Source of the DNA: Rhodosorus marinus CCMP1338
Taxonomy: Eukaryota; Plantae; Rhodophyta
NCBI GenBank assembly: GCA_029953675.1
Contig: JAMWBK010000005.1
Span: 2,852,001-2,916,000 of the forward strand
DNA length: 64,000 nucleotides
Reading direction: 5' to 3'
Below, one piece after another: positions 34,485-45,800 of this stretch. The translations under genes and the position numbers were made by a program. Within the stretch, counting starts at the first letter, position 1. Each line of letters opens with the position of its first letter. The notes beneath the pieces are model-generated. The model was not told the DNA's origin. It ran no database searches and saw only the letters and a list, made by a program, of their open reading frames with translations.

Positions 34485-35173
34485 GACTTGAGTTCGCGTT
34501 GTTCCTTTCTATGAACGCTCTACTTTGCGAATTTTTGACGGGCGCTACTTCGGGAACCTATTTGTATTCAGAAATCGAAATTGACAAGAAAGAAAAGAAA
34601 GAGATTTCAAACAAACTCGTCCCTCTGAAGTGAACGGCGGTGGACCATCGATGAGCAAGCGCTCTCAGACGATACCAACCCCGCAAGGCTTTGCCTGGAC
34701 CTTCGCACCTTCCAAGCCCATGTCTGTCTGCGTGCGAGGGACACACTCTGCAAAAGTCATGACCAGGCGTGTCTCTTGATTGAAAGTTCGGCCAGACATT
34801 CTCTATGATACTGCGAGTCTCGAGAGCAGATACGTCGAAAGCTAGCACGCACCAAGCTAGGAACGGTAAGGGAGCAACTCGAGGGTTGCTAACAGCCTCC
34901 GATCCAAAGCGTGGACAGGCGCGCCGAGATTTCATTACCCCCTTTTCTCATGGTCTTACTCGAGATCCTCGAGGAACGGGAGTCAAGAAGACTTGGCGTC
35001 TAACATGTATTCAGTCTCGAGATATTGTCTATTTAGTTCTATAGACGATGAAAGGTCAGAAGAACTCAAGCCTTAAACATCTCAGTGAGTACGTATTGCT
35101 TGTTTTCTGAATACTACATGCTCCAGATCTGTCGGCATCGTCCAACGGGTACGCTGTGGAGTGAGGGTAAAGG

Positions 35174-38100
35174 CTACCAGAACAGATCCCTGTCCGAGTA
35201 GACGCCAGAAGCTCTGGGCTGAGAACCGTAGAGAGCTCTTGGATCAAACTCGCGAGGTGCTCGTGACCCATATCGAGGGCCGCCACCAAAGGACCCAGAC
35301 CCATAGGGACTCTTCCCGAACCGATCTACTTCAGAATCCCGCGCGAGCGGAATGGCAATTCGGAGAATTCCCCTAGCGTAGCTGACCCGAACTCCTTCAA
35401 TATCGTAGTCGGTCGGCACCTGTAACCGCTCTTCCATCGTGCCAAATGTTCCGGCTGCCATTCTCAGGAGTAGCTGCATCTGTTCTTCCGGAGTAAGTCG
35501 CTCCGATTCGGGAACGTTCAACCTTGACGATGATTCGGGTGAATAGCAGGATTGGCATTAAGAACATATTTCGAAGGCGGGTAAACGCCAACAACAGAAA
35601 AAGCAAGGAAAAAGGTCCTTACCTCTTCAGCTGAAGTTCAAGTTGCTCCTTCATCAGTTCAACGTCTCCCGGTGATGGCAGTCGCCTGCCGCGGATCAGC
35701 AGGTAGGGACCCTGAAAATCTTCCGCAGATCTACAGACCATCACAAGAAACAGGTAAGAGACCTCTAGATTCAGCCTTCAGACACGCGAGAGCATCTGCT
35801 ATGGATCGACCCGATTACCGAATGGTGATATCCTCTGGGTTCATGTCGGGAATCAAAGCGGATACGATCACTCCATCTGGCCTTTCGTTGACCTCAAACT
35901 TGGGCTTCAGTCGAAGTTTAGGCCATAGTTGAGCAAGGGCGGCGTTCATTGTAGCGCTCTGATCCGCAGCAGGAGGACCTGTTGGGGGATGAAGCATGAG
36001 TATGACAAGAATGGATATCAGCTTCCAGGACAGAAGCTACGAGAGAACAACGATGATCCCAGGCAACGTTTCCGTTAGTTGAGAGGTCTTCACCTCCGGT
36101 GGGTCCAGAAGAAGTAGCTGACGCGGCTGCCTTGACGGGTTCGACGGCCTTCTCCTCTGCGGGCAGTTTTTCAGCCTCTGCAGCCAACGCTTTGTGCTGA
36201 GCTCTTAGCTTCTCCATCACTGAATCGAGGTCGTTCATCAGCTGCTGCACCGCGAGGACCTTTTCCAAAGGAGAACGAGCGAATGACAAGTCGCGTCAAA
36301 CGGCTGAGGAGAATCTTATTCTGGTTTGCACGCATGAGGGGTAAAGGAAAGGACTGTACTTGAGCTTTGCGCTTCAATCGAGCATCCTCCCTCTCCCTCG
36401 GAATGTGGATGTCATCCAGGGCCAGCAGCTCATTCATAAGACTGTTAGTGAACTCCAACGACTTCTTCTCTAGGGATTCCACGACCTTCAGAGCCTGTCT
36501 GGGATCGACCGTTCCGTCCAAAGAAGAAGCCGCTTTCGCGTCAGTGACGAAGGTGGCCATGTCTTTTGCGATGACATCGACCTGGCGACACCAAATTGAC
36601 GGATTAAGAAACGCTTTTGCTCAGACGGGAAAATGAGCAAAAGACGCGTGAAGTGCTTAGCAGGGCACTGCTGTGGTCCTCCTCACCTCGCCAGCAACTT
36701 TCAGGACTTGAATCTCTCCGGCCTTTACTTCCTTTTCAACGTCCTCTGTTTTCTCTTCCATGGGCTTGGCATCTTCAGCAGGTACATCCGTCTCGGCCTC
36801 CTCAGGTCCAGGTACGGCAACCTTTGAACGTATGCTCCTCCTCCTGACGAGTTCAGAAGGCAGTGGGAACGCTTCCTCCCATGCCTTTGAGATCTCTGCG
36901 TCTTCACTACAGGCGTTCAATAGACGGCATGTTCATGTTAACAAAAACCATCGTCACGAGGACTACCAGAGCTCTTGGCACCAGATAGAGGCACGTACTA
37001 CTTCTCGGCGGCATAGTTGATGATCTTCCCGAGCTCTTGCTCGGCAGCCGAAACGAGCTCGTTGAACCTATAATACGCGACATGCGCGTTGAAGTTCAAA
37101 CTGGGCATGTTCTCCTCAGAGAAGCTCTCGTCCTGCTTGGTCAAACTGTCGACTTTCTCCTGCAATTTTGCGAGCTTCGAACTCATATTCTCCTGCGCCG
37201 TAGCAACAAGCATCTCGGGCCCTTTCTCTCCAGATTGCATCTAATTGCACGTGGACACAAACATGAGAGACAAAGATGCTCAAAATACACCAAAACCAGC
37301 CCAAACGAACCTGCTCGCCGCCGAACTTGACGATGTAATCATCGATTGCTTGTTCGGTGAGATCTTCCACGTAGCCATCTGCATCAGACAGCGTTGCGTG
37401 AACAACAGCCCGTATAAACGCCTTCGGAGCCTTCTCAGGGTCACCACACACACCCCAGAAGTATTCACTTGCCGAGCCACCTACGAGCCGATCCTTCAAA
37501 CCAGGGTATCTTCAAGCGATCATGGAAGGGAATGAACACAAAGCCCAATTCCGTATCAGAAAGGAAGTATTCTTGGTGTTTGTGATGTTCAACTTGTGTA
37601 TGTTGTACGATGATAGTAGTTCTCAAACCACGTCCTGAAACAGATCCTGAGCAGCCATTGGGTTTGCATGGCCACCTTCGAGCCACACTACCCAAGCAAG
37701 CCTTCTTTCCAATGGTTTGGACCTTTGTTCCCTGAGGTGACGAGCAGGATTGTTCTCAGAACCTGATCGAAGACAGTTCGGAAATCTCTGGCTCTCTACT
37801 CGTTTGTGATGTCCCGCGTAGGACTTGGTAGCCCACCTCAACCCATGGCTAGTGCAGATCATGGTCAGCTTGTTTCTGTTTCCTTTTCAACGGTAGAGGT
37901 TAGGAAGGGGTGGTAGCATTGCCGATTGAAGGGGAGGTTCACATTCAAGGATATCACGGAAATCCTATGGCCGCGCAGGATCTGCTCAAGACGTGGTCAC
38001 GGTGGACTGGGCTGGCTTCCCCAACGATTGAGAAACTCATGAACAACTATCTGACAAAAGTGGACTGGCATATAAACAACTTCGTTCTCTTAAGGTACCA

Positions 38101-38426
38101 ACTTACTTGTCGTCAAGTTCCGCTCGAATCTTTACGACGATCTCAGCTGCTACTTCAAGATACGGCAACGCAACCTGCTCCAAACAAGGCCAACGAAATA
38201 TAATCAGAAGACAAGGGGGGGAAGGGGTGAAGTTTGAGCTTCCAAACCACATTCACAAAGAGCAGAAGAAAAAAAAACAAAACCTCACCTCGAGATCGAC
38301 CAACGCAGTGGTCAAGCCCTGATGGAACTTGTCGTGATCCCAAAACTCCTTGTACGCTGCCAGCAACTCCGACTTGGCAATCACCAGCTCTTTCGTCAAT
38401 TCCTCTATTGCCGTCTTGGTTTCCAT
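35174..38426 (-). CDS. BAG domain + HSP20 (alpha-crystallin domain) fusion co-chaperone, ~9 exons
   Basis: BAG: SLMNELLALDDIHIPREREDARLKRKAQV..VQQLMNDLD. ACD: KFEVNERPDGVIVSALIPDMNPEDITI...GTFGTMEERLQVPTDYDIEGVRVSYARGILRIAIP. Exons join in frame from METKTAIEEL (ATG at 38426). Confidence 0.85.
37510..38106 (-). other. Unusually long (597 bp) intron 2 of the BAG-HSP20 gene containing inverted, retroelement-like fragments
   Basis: Donor GTAAGT at 38106 and acceptor AG at 37510 restore the frame LDDK|YPGLKDRL. It contains two oppositely oriented NPMAAQDL-coding fragments (37961-37984 +, 37641-37664 -). Confidence 0.65.
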
Positions 38427-38762
38427 TTTTTTTCGAAACAGAATTTTCCTCGTCTTGAAATCCCTATTCCATCCTCACCAAAAGAAAATACCACACCAAT
38501 CCTCTTTGCTCCTCCAACGCTAACCTTCTTCTTCTTCCCCACTGAAATTCACTTCGATTGAGTTCAATGCAACTTCACATCGATCCGGTAAATAATCTTT
38601 TTTTAGATAAAATATCCACTAAATATCTCAATGAAAGTGGATTTTCGTTGTCTACGACGGGGAGCAAGAATGAGTACACGTTCGACGTGCTGTTGAGGAT
38701 GCCGACGTGAATGCCTTTCCTGTCTGTTTTTTGTTTGGCAGAAATACTGATACAGATAGTTA

Positions 38763-39092
38763 TGAAGTAGCAGCTGAGATCATTGTAAAGATTCGAGCGG
38801 AGCTTAACGGCAAGCAAGTTGGTGCCTTGAAAAGTACGAAGTTTTTTATGCCAGCGCACTTTGTCAGACAGTTGTTCATGAGTTTCTCAATCGTTGGGGA
38901 AGCCAGCCCAGTTCACCATGACCACGTCTTGAAAAGATCCTGCGCGGCCATAGGATTTTCCGTGATATCCTTTAATGATCGAACCCCCACGTCAAGGCAA
39001 GCGGCAATGCTACCACACCTTCCCAACCCTCGACCGTTGAAAACGAAACAGGAACAAGCTGACCATGATCTGCACTAGCCATGGGCTGAGGT
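38763..39092 (+). repeat. Inverted duplicate of BAG-HSP20 exon 2 and the first part of intron 2 (original at 37835-38157)
   Basis: Direct alignment shows long identical blocks, e.g. TGAAGTAGCAGCTGAGATC, GTTGTTCATGAGTTTCTCAATCGTTGGGGAAGCCAGCCCAGT and ACAAGCTGACCATGATCTGCACTAGCCATGGG. By-eye identity is about 85-90%. Confidence 0.93.
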
Positions 39093-39950
39093 AAAAGTCT
39101 AATCGTTCTGATCATTGCCTTGTCAGCACCGAAGTTCATTCAGAGCTGGAAGAGAGGCTGTACTTAAGATCTAGTCCACGAGCCGATTATGTGTACATGT
39201 TGGAATGTAGACGAGTGTAGACGTTGAGGTGTGTGGTCAGTTCTGGAAAAATCTACTGGTTCTGTTCATCTTCTTATGAGCACCAAAGTTCATTCAGAGC
39301 TGGAATAGAGGCTGTGTTTTTAGATCTAGTCCATAAACCGATCAAGTGAGACGTTTTGAGGTGCAGTCGAGGATGTGGATAGTTTTTGGAACAGTCTACA
39401 GGTTCCGGTCATTGTCTTGTCAGCACAGAGTTCGCTCAGAGGCTGTGTTTTTAGATCAAGTCCATCTACCGATCAAGTGTAGATGAGGTGCTGTGTTGAG
39501 GATGTGGTTAGTTGTGGAACAATCTACTGGCTCTGATCATCGTCTTGTCGGCACCCAAGTTCATTCAGAGCTGGAACAGAAGCAGGGGTCTTCCGGAAAG
39601 GTCAACAGTCGAGATCCGCGCCATCACCGATGAATTGAGCGACTTTCACGTTTTGGTGGACGTTCTGATGTGGTTAGTTGCAGTAAGCTCTACTACAGCT
39701 TTCGACTGTCGTCTTGTCGACACCCAAGAGCACTCAAAGCGTTTGAAGTAAACCAGATGAGGCGCATTCAAGACGTCTCAGTCGAGATCTAGTCCATCAA
39801 CGGATTCCTTCTCCCCGACGGGTGGAAGAGTGCACGTTTTGACGTTCTACTTGCAGATTCGAGACTTTTAAGATCTCGCAGAAACGCTGGTCTCGTCCAC
39901 GTTGGAAAAGTCTATCGTTTCCGACATCGTCTTGTCCACAGACTGCGACG
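39093..39950. repeat. Degenerate tandem array of 6 units (spacing 154, 143, 128, 167, 221 bp)
   Basis: Unit starts at 39093, 39247, 39390, 39518, 39685 and 39906. The 20-mer AAGTTCATTCAGAGCTGGAA is identical in three units, and AGATC(T/A)AGTCCA occurs in four. Confidence 0.88.
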
Positions 39951-40130
39951 ACCAGGCGCTGCGTTTTCAGGACAGGGATTAATCCGTCAGATTGTGGATT
40001 GGCTAGGAAGATCTCAGAGCAAAGCCATCAGCAAAGTAATCGATTTCTTTCTAGACTAGTGAAGAATCGATCGGGATTGGATTGGTGAGGCTAGGTTGCT
40101 CAAGGTGTTCTTGGTGAGAAACAGTCTGGG

Positions 40131-41357
40131 ATGAAGATGGGAAGGAATATTGTTCTTGCTACTGCTGGTTATGATCGATCTATACGATTATGGGATTGTA
40201 ACGCAGAATCGACGTATCGAACGCTTCACTTTCCGGAGTCTCAGGTACGTCCTATGGTTATCTGTGTATTTTTTTGGTTTGCGTCGTATTGGTTGTTTAA
40301 GTGAAACTTTATCTGCTTTTTGATCGTCTTTTGTTAAGGTCAATGACCTGTGCTTTTCTAGCGATAACGAGCTTCTGATTGTTGGCGGGTTTCCAAGGGC
40401 TGCTGTATTTAATGTATCCTCATCGACCCCAAACCCGACTTATGTGTTCGATGACCATCGTGGGAACGTCACCGCAGTTGGATGTGATCCAGAGGGCAAA
40501 TGGATGTACAGCTGTGCCGATGATCGGACAGTGAAGCTTTGGAATACGAAATCTCCACAAGCTCTGGCGTCGTTTAAGCATTCCAGTCCAGTCAACTGCA
40601 TCGCTATCCATCCCAATGGCAACTTCCTGTACGCTGGGGATCAAGACGGGTTTGTGAAAGTGTGGGATATTACTGCTTCAAAGCTGGCTAAGGAAGTTCA
40701 ACCACAATCCGTTGAATCCATTGAAGCGATCGCTATTTCTCATGACGGGAATATCATCGTAGGGTCAAATTTCGCTGGGGCTAGCTACTTCTGGTCGGTA
40801 AGGATTTGATCAGTTCCAACACACCGACACAGACACCCAGCAGCCGTCTTATGTTCCGTTTTTTTCTGTTCTCTCTACGCACTCAGTTGGAAAACGACCC
40901 AATCGCTTTCGATCCGATCTGCAGGAATCAAACTCATCATCGACACGTTCTCAAAGTTGCATTCGACTACCTCGATGAACCAAAATTTGCCGCCGCGCTG
41001 ACGGATGGAACAGTGAAGATTCTCAAGGTGGACATAGGAAAGATTGAAACAGAAAGCGATATGCCAACTGTGGGTATTCTAGACAATCATACCAGATGGG
41101 TAAGCAGGCTGGCGTGAATTCAACCATAGGTCCTCGGGCCTCCCATTGCTCAGTGCAAGCCTAACCTGTCTATCCTTTCGCTCTTGTTTTCAAAGGTTTG
41201 GGACGTCGCATTCACATCGGATTCTGAGCATCTGTTCACTGCGAGTAGTGATATGACAGCGGTACTAGTCCACATTGAATCCGGAAAAGTTTTGACAACC
41301 TTTGAAGGTCATCAGAAGGCCATCACATGCCTTGCAATTGCTGAGGTTCAGTCGTGA
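40131..41357 (+). CDS. LST8: TOR complex subunit LST8-like WD40 protein (divergent), 4 exons
   Basis: VLATAGYDRSIRLWD...TLHFPESQVN, HRGNVTAVG, WMYSCADDRTVKLW, SPVNCIAIHPN, HTRWVWDVAF..D...LFTASSD and GHQKAITCLA follow LST8 architecture. Confidence 0.85.
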
Positions 41358-41935
41358 CGATTGCAGAGCACATTTTTTCTGTTCGTTTGCATGTGGTTCT
41401 GGTGGATGTGCTGCCTGATAGAATGCTCCGGGAGACTGAGTTTTGGCATATTCTCGAGTTTTCCAACCTCCCATTTTCGACATCAAAGTTCAACCACGGT
41501 TTTGCGCCCGGTAATATCAGATGGAGCCGGCCGTAGGCGACCTAATTTCCGGATGCAGGTTGTGGCTTGGGGGATACGCAGAGTTTCCAAGACCATCACG
41601 CTAAAATCTTGAGCACGGAGACGAGCGGCGTACTTGACGGGATACCACGAGGACTGTCTATAAGGACGACATGGTGTGGCAATTCAGGGACCGCGCGCCA
41701 GCTGGACCGAAGAGCTACCTAATTCGAGCTGTTCCTACCGCACTATGGATAGACGTGGGCTATGGATAGACATGAGCTGGCTAAGGACGCCCAAGGGGCT
41801 CTTCGTCGTCTCCAGGGTTGCCAGGGGAACAAAAATGGGGTAGCTTCTCGTCGTAGATCTTTGTGTTCAAGTCGCGTTCTATCGATGGCCACTCCAGGAC
41901 TCTGGTTTCGAGTTAAAACACGCACATTTCTTTTA

Positions 41936-43386
41936 TCATTTGGAAACGAGCGGCAAAGTCTCGTCCTCTGAAGGTTGTGAATCTCTCCTGGGCCGAGAAA
42001 GAATCAGCACTCCGGCGATGATTATTAGCGCACCCGCCGCGGAGAAAGCGATCTTCATGGCGGATAAGTCGGCGTCGAAAAAGATCACGCTGTCCAGAAA
42101 TGAGACGATGATAAACACGCAGTAACACACTGGGAAACAAAGAACTGCACTGCCAAGCCTCAACGCTTCGCTAAAGAAGAAAAGCTGCCGGAGAAGACGA
42201 AAGGCAAAAATTGCACATTCAGTTCAAGCTCGGGCGGAAACGATGCTGGAAGGAGCGATATCAGGAGCGCTGTGAGTCGGAACATTTCCTGAGAAGACAT
42301 CTTACGTTGCTTACGGCCAGAACAAGAATCATCAGTAGGAGGAACAGGGAGCCAAGCTTCCCAAACTGGTTGTCATGTCCGAAGATGGTCAGCTTGAGAA
42401 GTTCAACTCTGCAGTTTTATAGGCGAGAAGGAGCTCGCGATGGTTAGAAACGTGCTCTAGTATCCCTAAGATCAAGCTAGTTGATCGGGATGATGACTAC
42501 GTACGCGCATTTTCCAGCAATAAACGACTCAGCCTGAAGAGTACCGGCTAGTACGGCGCTCAGCAGGCTTCGGTTGCGTTGATTCTTAGAACTGTTCCTC
42601 GGCCCTCGAACGGTAACGAACAGGAGGGCTATCAATAAGATCAGAGTTAGGCATTGGACCGCGAGTTGCAGCGTTACAAAGGGCCTCCTCTGAATCAGCT
42701 CGATTTGCTTCGAAATGGACAGAGCTGCAGGGATCATACGAAAACAACTGGTCCTCTGCTTTCAGCTCAGTGGATGGTTAGTGTTTTAGGATGCTTGTGT
42801 GTCACTGGACCTTGCTCTCCAGTATAGCCAGCAACTGTCACTATGATCGCGCCGGCGGTCACGAGGGCGGTAGCGTAAATGTCCGTTTGATCGAATGGGT
42901 CACCGCTTAACATGCTCGCGAAGATGGCGTTGAAAACAAGTTGTACGCTTCCCAAAGGTGCAAGAATTAGAGTTGGAAGCTGCCCTGTTGGATGGGGGAC
43001 ATTAACGCTCTTTTCAGATTGTTTCGCGGCTTTTTCAGTCGGACTTCCGAAAACAAACAAAACCGGTGGAGGATTCGCTGGCGTGTTCCTGTTGGTCCTT
43101 ACCTAAAGCGATCGAAGCACCAAATGTCTGACATGCCAAGTACAGTCCAAAACCTATAGGGCAGAGGCGTGATTGAACGGATTAGGAAGTCGACACAAGA
43201 TACAGGAGATTTTGATCGTGACCTACCCAACAGCCACATGGGCCTTGTGACGTACGCCGTTCTCTCATCAGCCGGTTTCTCCTCCTCGTCTACATGGCTC
43301 TTTCTCTGCAAAGCAATCCCCAGAGCACTCAGGACAGACGTGGAAATAGCGGCGACTAGGCCAATGGCAAACCCGATCCAGTTCAT
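41936..43386 (-). CDS. NIPA: Second NIPA-family Mg2+ transporter, multi-exon
   Basis: LSALGIALQRKSH, ILAPLGSVQLVFNAIFASML.G, GTLQAESFIAGK and SVIFFD...AGVLILS are NIPA-like motifs with multiple TM segments. Confidence 0.88.
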
Positions 43387-43739
43387 CCCAACTGCTTTCA
43401 ACGGCCACAACCCTCTATCGGGGTTGTTCTGCACCCAGTTATTCACAGGCAAAATGATAAGATTCCAGTACGTTAATAATAAAAAACAGCCTACCAGAGC
43501 AAAAAGAAACTGTTTCCACAGATTCCACCGTCTCCAAAAGCGGATGATGGTCTTCAGTAATCAACTTGCTCCTCTACCCACATGCGATTTCCCAATTTAA
43601 AATAAAGAGAAAAACACTTCTTCCACGTGAGAAGTAAATCTCAATTCAAAATTTAGCATTTTATTAGCCGTTGAATCCTTGAATCCATGAACTTACGTTC
43701 ACGAAACATCAACAAAACGACATGTTTTGTTTTTATAAT

Positions 43740-44975
43740 TTTGAACATTTATTAATTTGCAAGCATGAAAAATGTCCCATTTTTCCGCCTCTGCTTGTTG
43801 GGGTCATCCCATGGAAGGTGGAGAGGAGTGTGTTCGACTGAAGGACTACATTGTAACACGAGGAACCGTGTAGGACCAACAAACTCTTCGGCTGCTGCTC
43901 TAGATGCTTCCACATGTTGTGGGAACAGTTTCTGGGTGCGTGGTGGTGTAGACTTCGCCACTCAGGATCGCGACTACGGTTATTCCAACACGCGCGCTTC
44001 CTGTGGCCTTTTTTTTTCGCAGTAATCGACACAAAATAATCTGGGAATAGTCACGCCGCTGCAGTGCCTGGGTACTCGCCTTGTGCGGTCTGCCAGAGCG
44101 AGCACCAGTAGGTGGTTTCCTCTCCACGGACGTCATGCTCAGTCGCTGCCTCCGCAGGCGGGTGGTCTGGTACCCATGCTTTGCGAGCAGCCTCTGCGCC
44201 TCGAATGCGTAACGTCGGGTTAACCTCTTCATGGAATTCTCCTACGTTTTCCGCGTAGATTCCCTCTTTGTTTTCTGGCTTTGGTCTGTCCACAAATCGA
44301 TCGAACTCCCCTGTCTCGGATATGTCGGGTAGCAGGAAGAAAATGTTGTTCAAGTACTCGACATCAGAGGACACACGGCCTCGCTGCTTTGTCTTGTCAG
44401 CTGGCGTTCGGCTCGCAAACACTCATCAGAAGGGTAGAATTGCTTTCTCAGGCTGTCTCCAATGCCGCAAACGTCGTGGGACGGAGTTCACCGGTCTGAA
44501 GCGCATACCGGTAGTAGGCATGGTGTGTCAGATATCCATCCGCGACGCTCGGTTTGTACTCCTCATCGATACCCGTCAAATGAGCAAAAAGGGAACACGT
44601 TCCTTAGACTCGAGAGAAGGCTTCTTTGGCAATGGCGTCTAGCTTGATATCCTGCGACTTTGGCTTCGGTTCCTGTGGTTTGAACGACAACGAACGTTTG
44701 TCATCGTAGTTGGGCAGGGGTTGCCTTAATCTTTAGGCTCACTCCTCAGGGTCAATCTTCCGTGTCAATCGTCGGGTCATTCTTCAGTGTCAATGGTCAG
44801 GTCATTCTTGAGCGTAGGCAATGCCAGGTTCCACGTTTCAGGCTTCGCGCGAAGTTGGGCGCAATTTGCGTCCAGGTTCGGCTTCCAAGTGTCCTCAAAC
44901 GTACCGTTGCCATGAGACCAGATGTCACGTCTCGGTGACCACCTGGGTTTCGTGCTCAGTTTCTCGAAAGCCAAG
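43740..44975 (-). mobile_element. Degenerate Ty3/gypsy integrase/chromodomain relic
   Basis: Frameshifted remnants resembling integrase: CLRAER (C..C..K region), ...SSIDL (ISMDF-like), W..HL...YN...S..TP. There is also a chromodomain-like EDTWKPNLDANCAQL (44860-44910). Multiple stops. Confidence 0.4.
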
Positions 44976-45800
44976 TTTTTACTGCTAATTAATCCCCAAT
45001 TAGGTACTATATCCCAAAATTAATCTTTTTCCGAGTTCTCCTGCTCCTGTCTACCTCCAGCTAACCTTGAAAGCATCATGGATTCCATCGTGTTTATACC
45101 TTTACTCCATCGGGACGTGCAATACAATCAAGTCCTTAAATTGCCCCATGCCCGGAAACTCTGGATAAGCCCGAGCATGATTGTCAGACATTGCTGTAAG
45201 GCTTTAACTGCTTAGAACGTCATACATTACAAATAATGTAGTGGATTCTGCTAATGGTCAACCGGAGTGACACTGCCCAAAAGCCAGCACGGGAAGGTGT
45301 TCTAGCGCGCTTGTCCTTCTGCTTGTTCTTCGATATGGTAGAAACGAGCCCTTTCCAGACGTACCGCTGCGAAGCACGGTATGTTTCACTGGCAAGGTTT
45401 TTGTCACGCTGACCACTTCAACGAACGTCGATGTCAACTCATTGATTGCTTCCACAAGACTGAATCTAGTCCTCCGGGGCTGGAACCGGCTGAATTTGGC
45501 TCGGGATGCGGATGCTTCTGTGTTCAGACCCTGAAGTTCAGCAATGCGCTGTCAGTGCAATGGTCACCGACAAGGCGGGCAGCGAAACATCGCACGGAAA
45601 CATAAGGCTCTTGGTCCCTTGCTTTGGGTCGACCCACCCTTGCTCCTATCAGATTGAGTAGACGGTTCAATCTTTGTATTATACTTATTACGCGGGGGTT
45701 GGGCTCCCCGTATGAATCAAGTCGCACTTATCTCAGCCATGGCTTCGAACAATTCACTCAAATAACAAATCCACCAAAAAAGCGATATGTGCACATTGTC

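Noticed and set aside
34560-35040. Possible extra C-terminal exons (PACT/CM2-like) of the CM1 protein
   Set aside because: In-frame stops are present in the candidate frames and no consistent splice path or recognisable motif was found.
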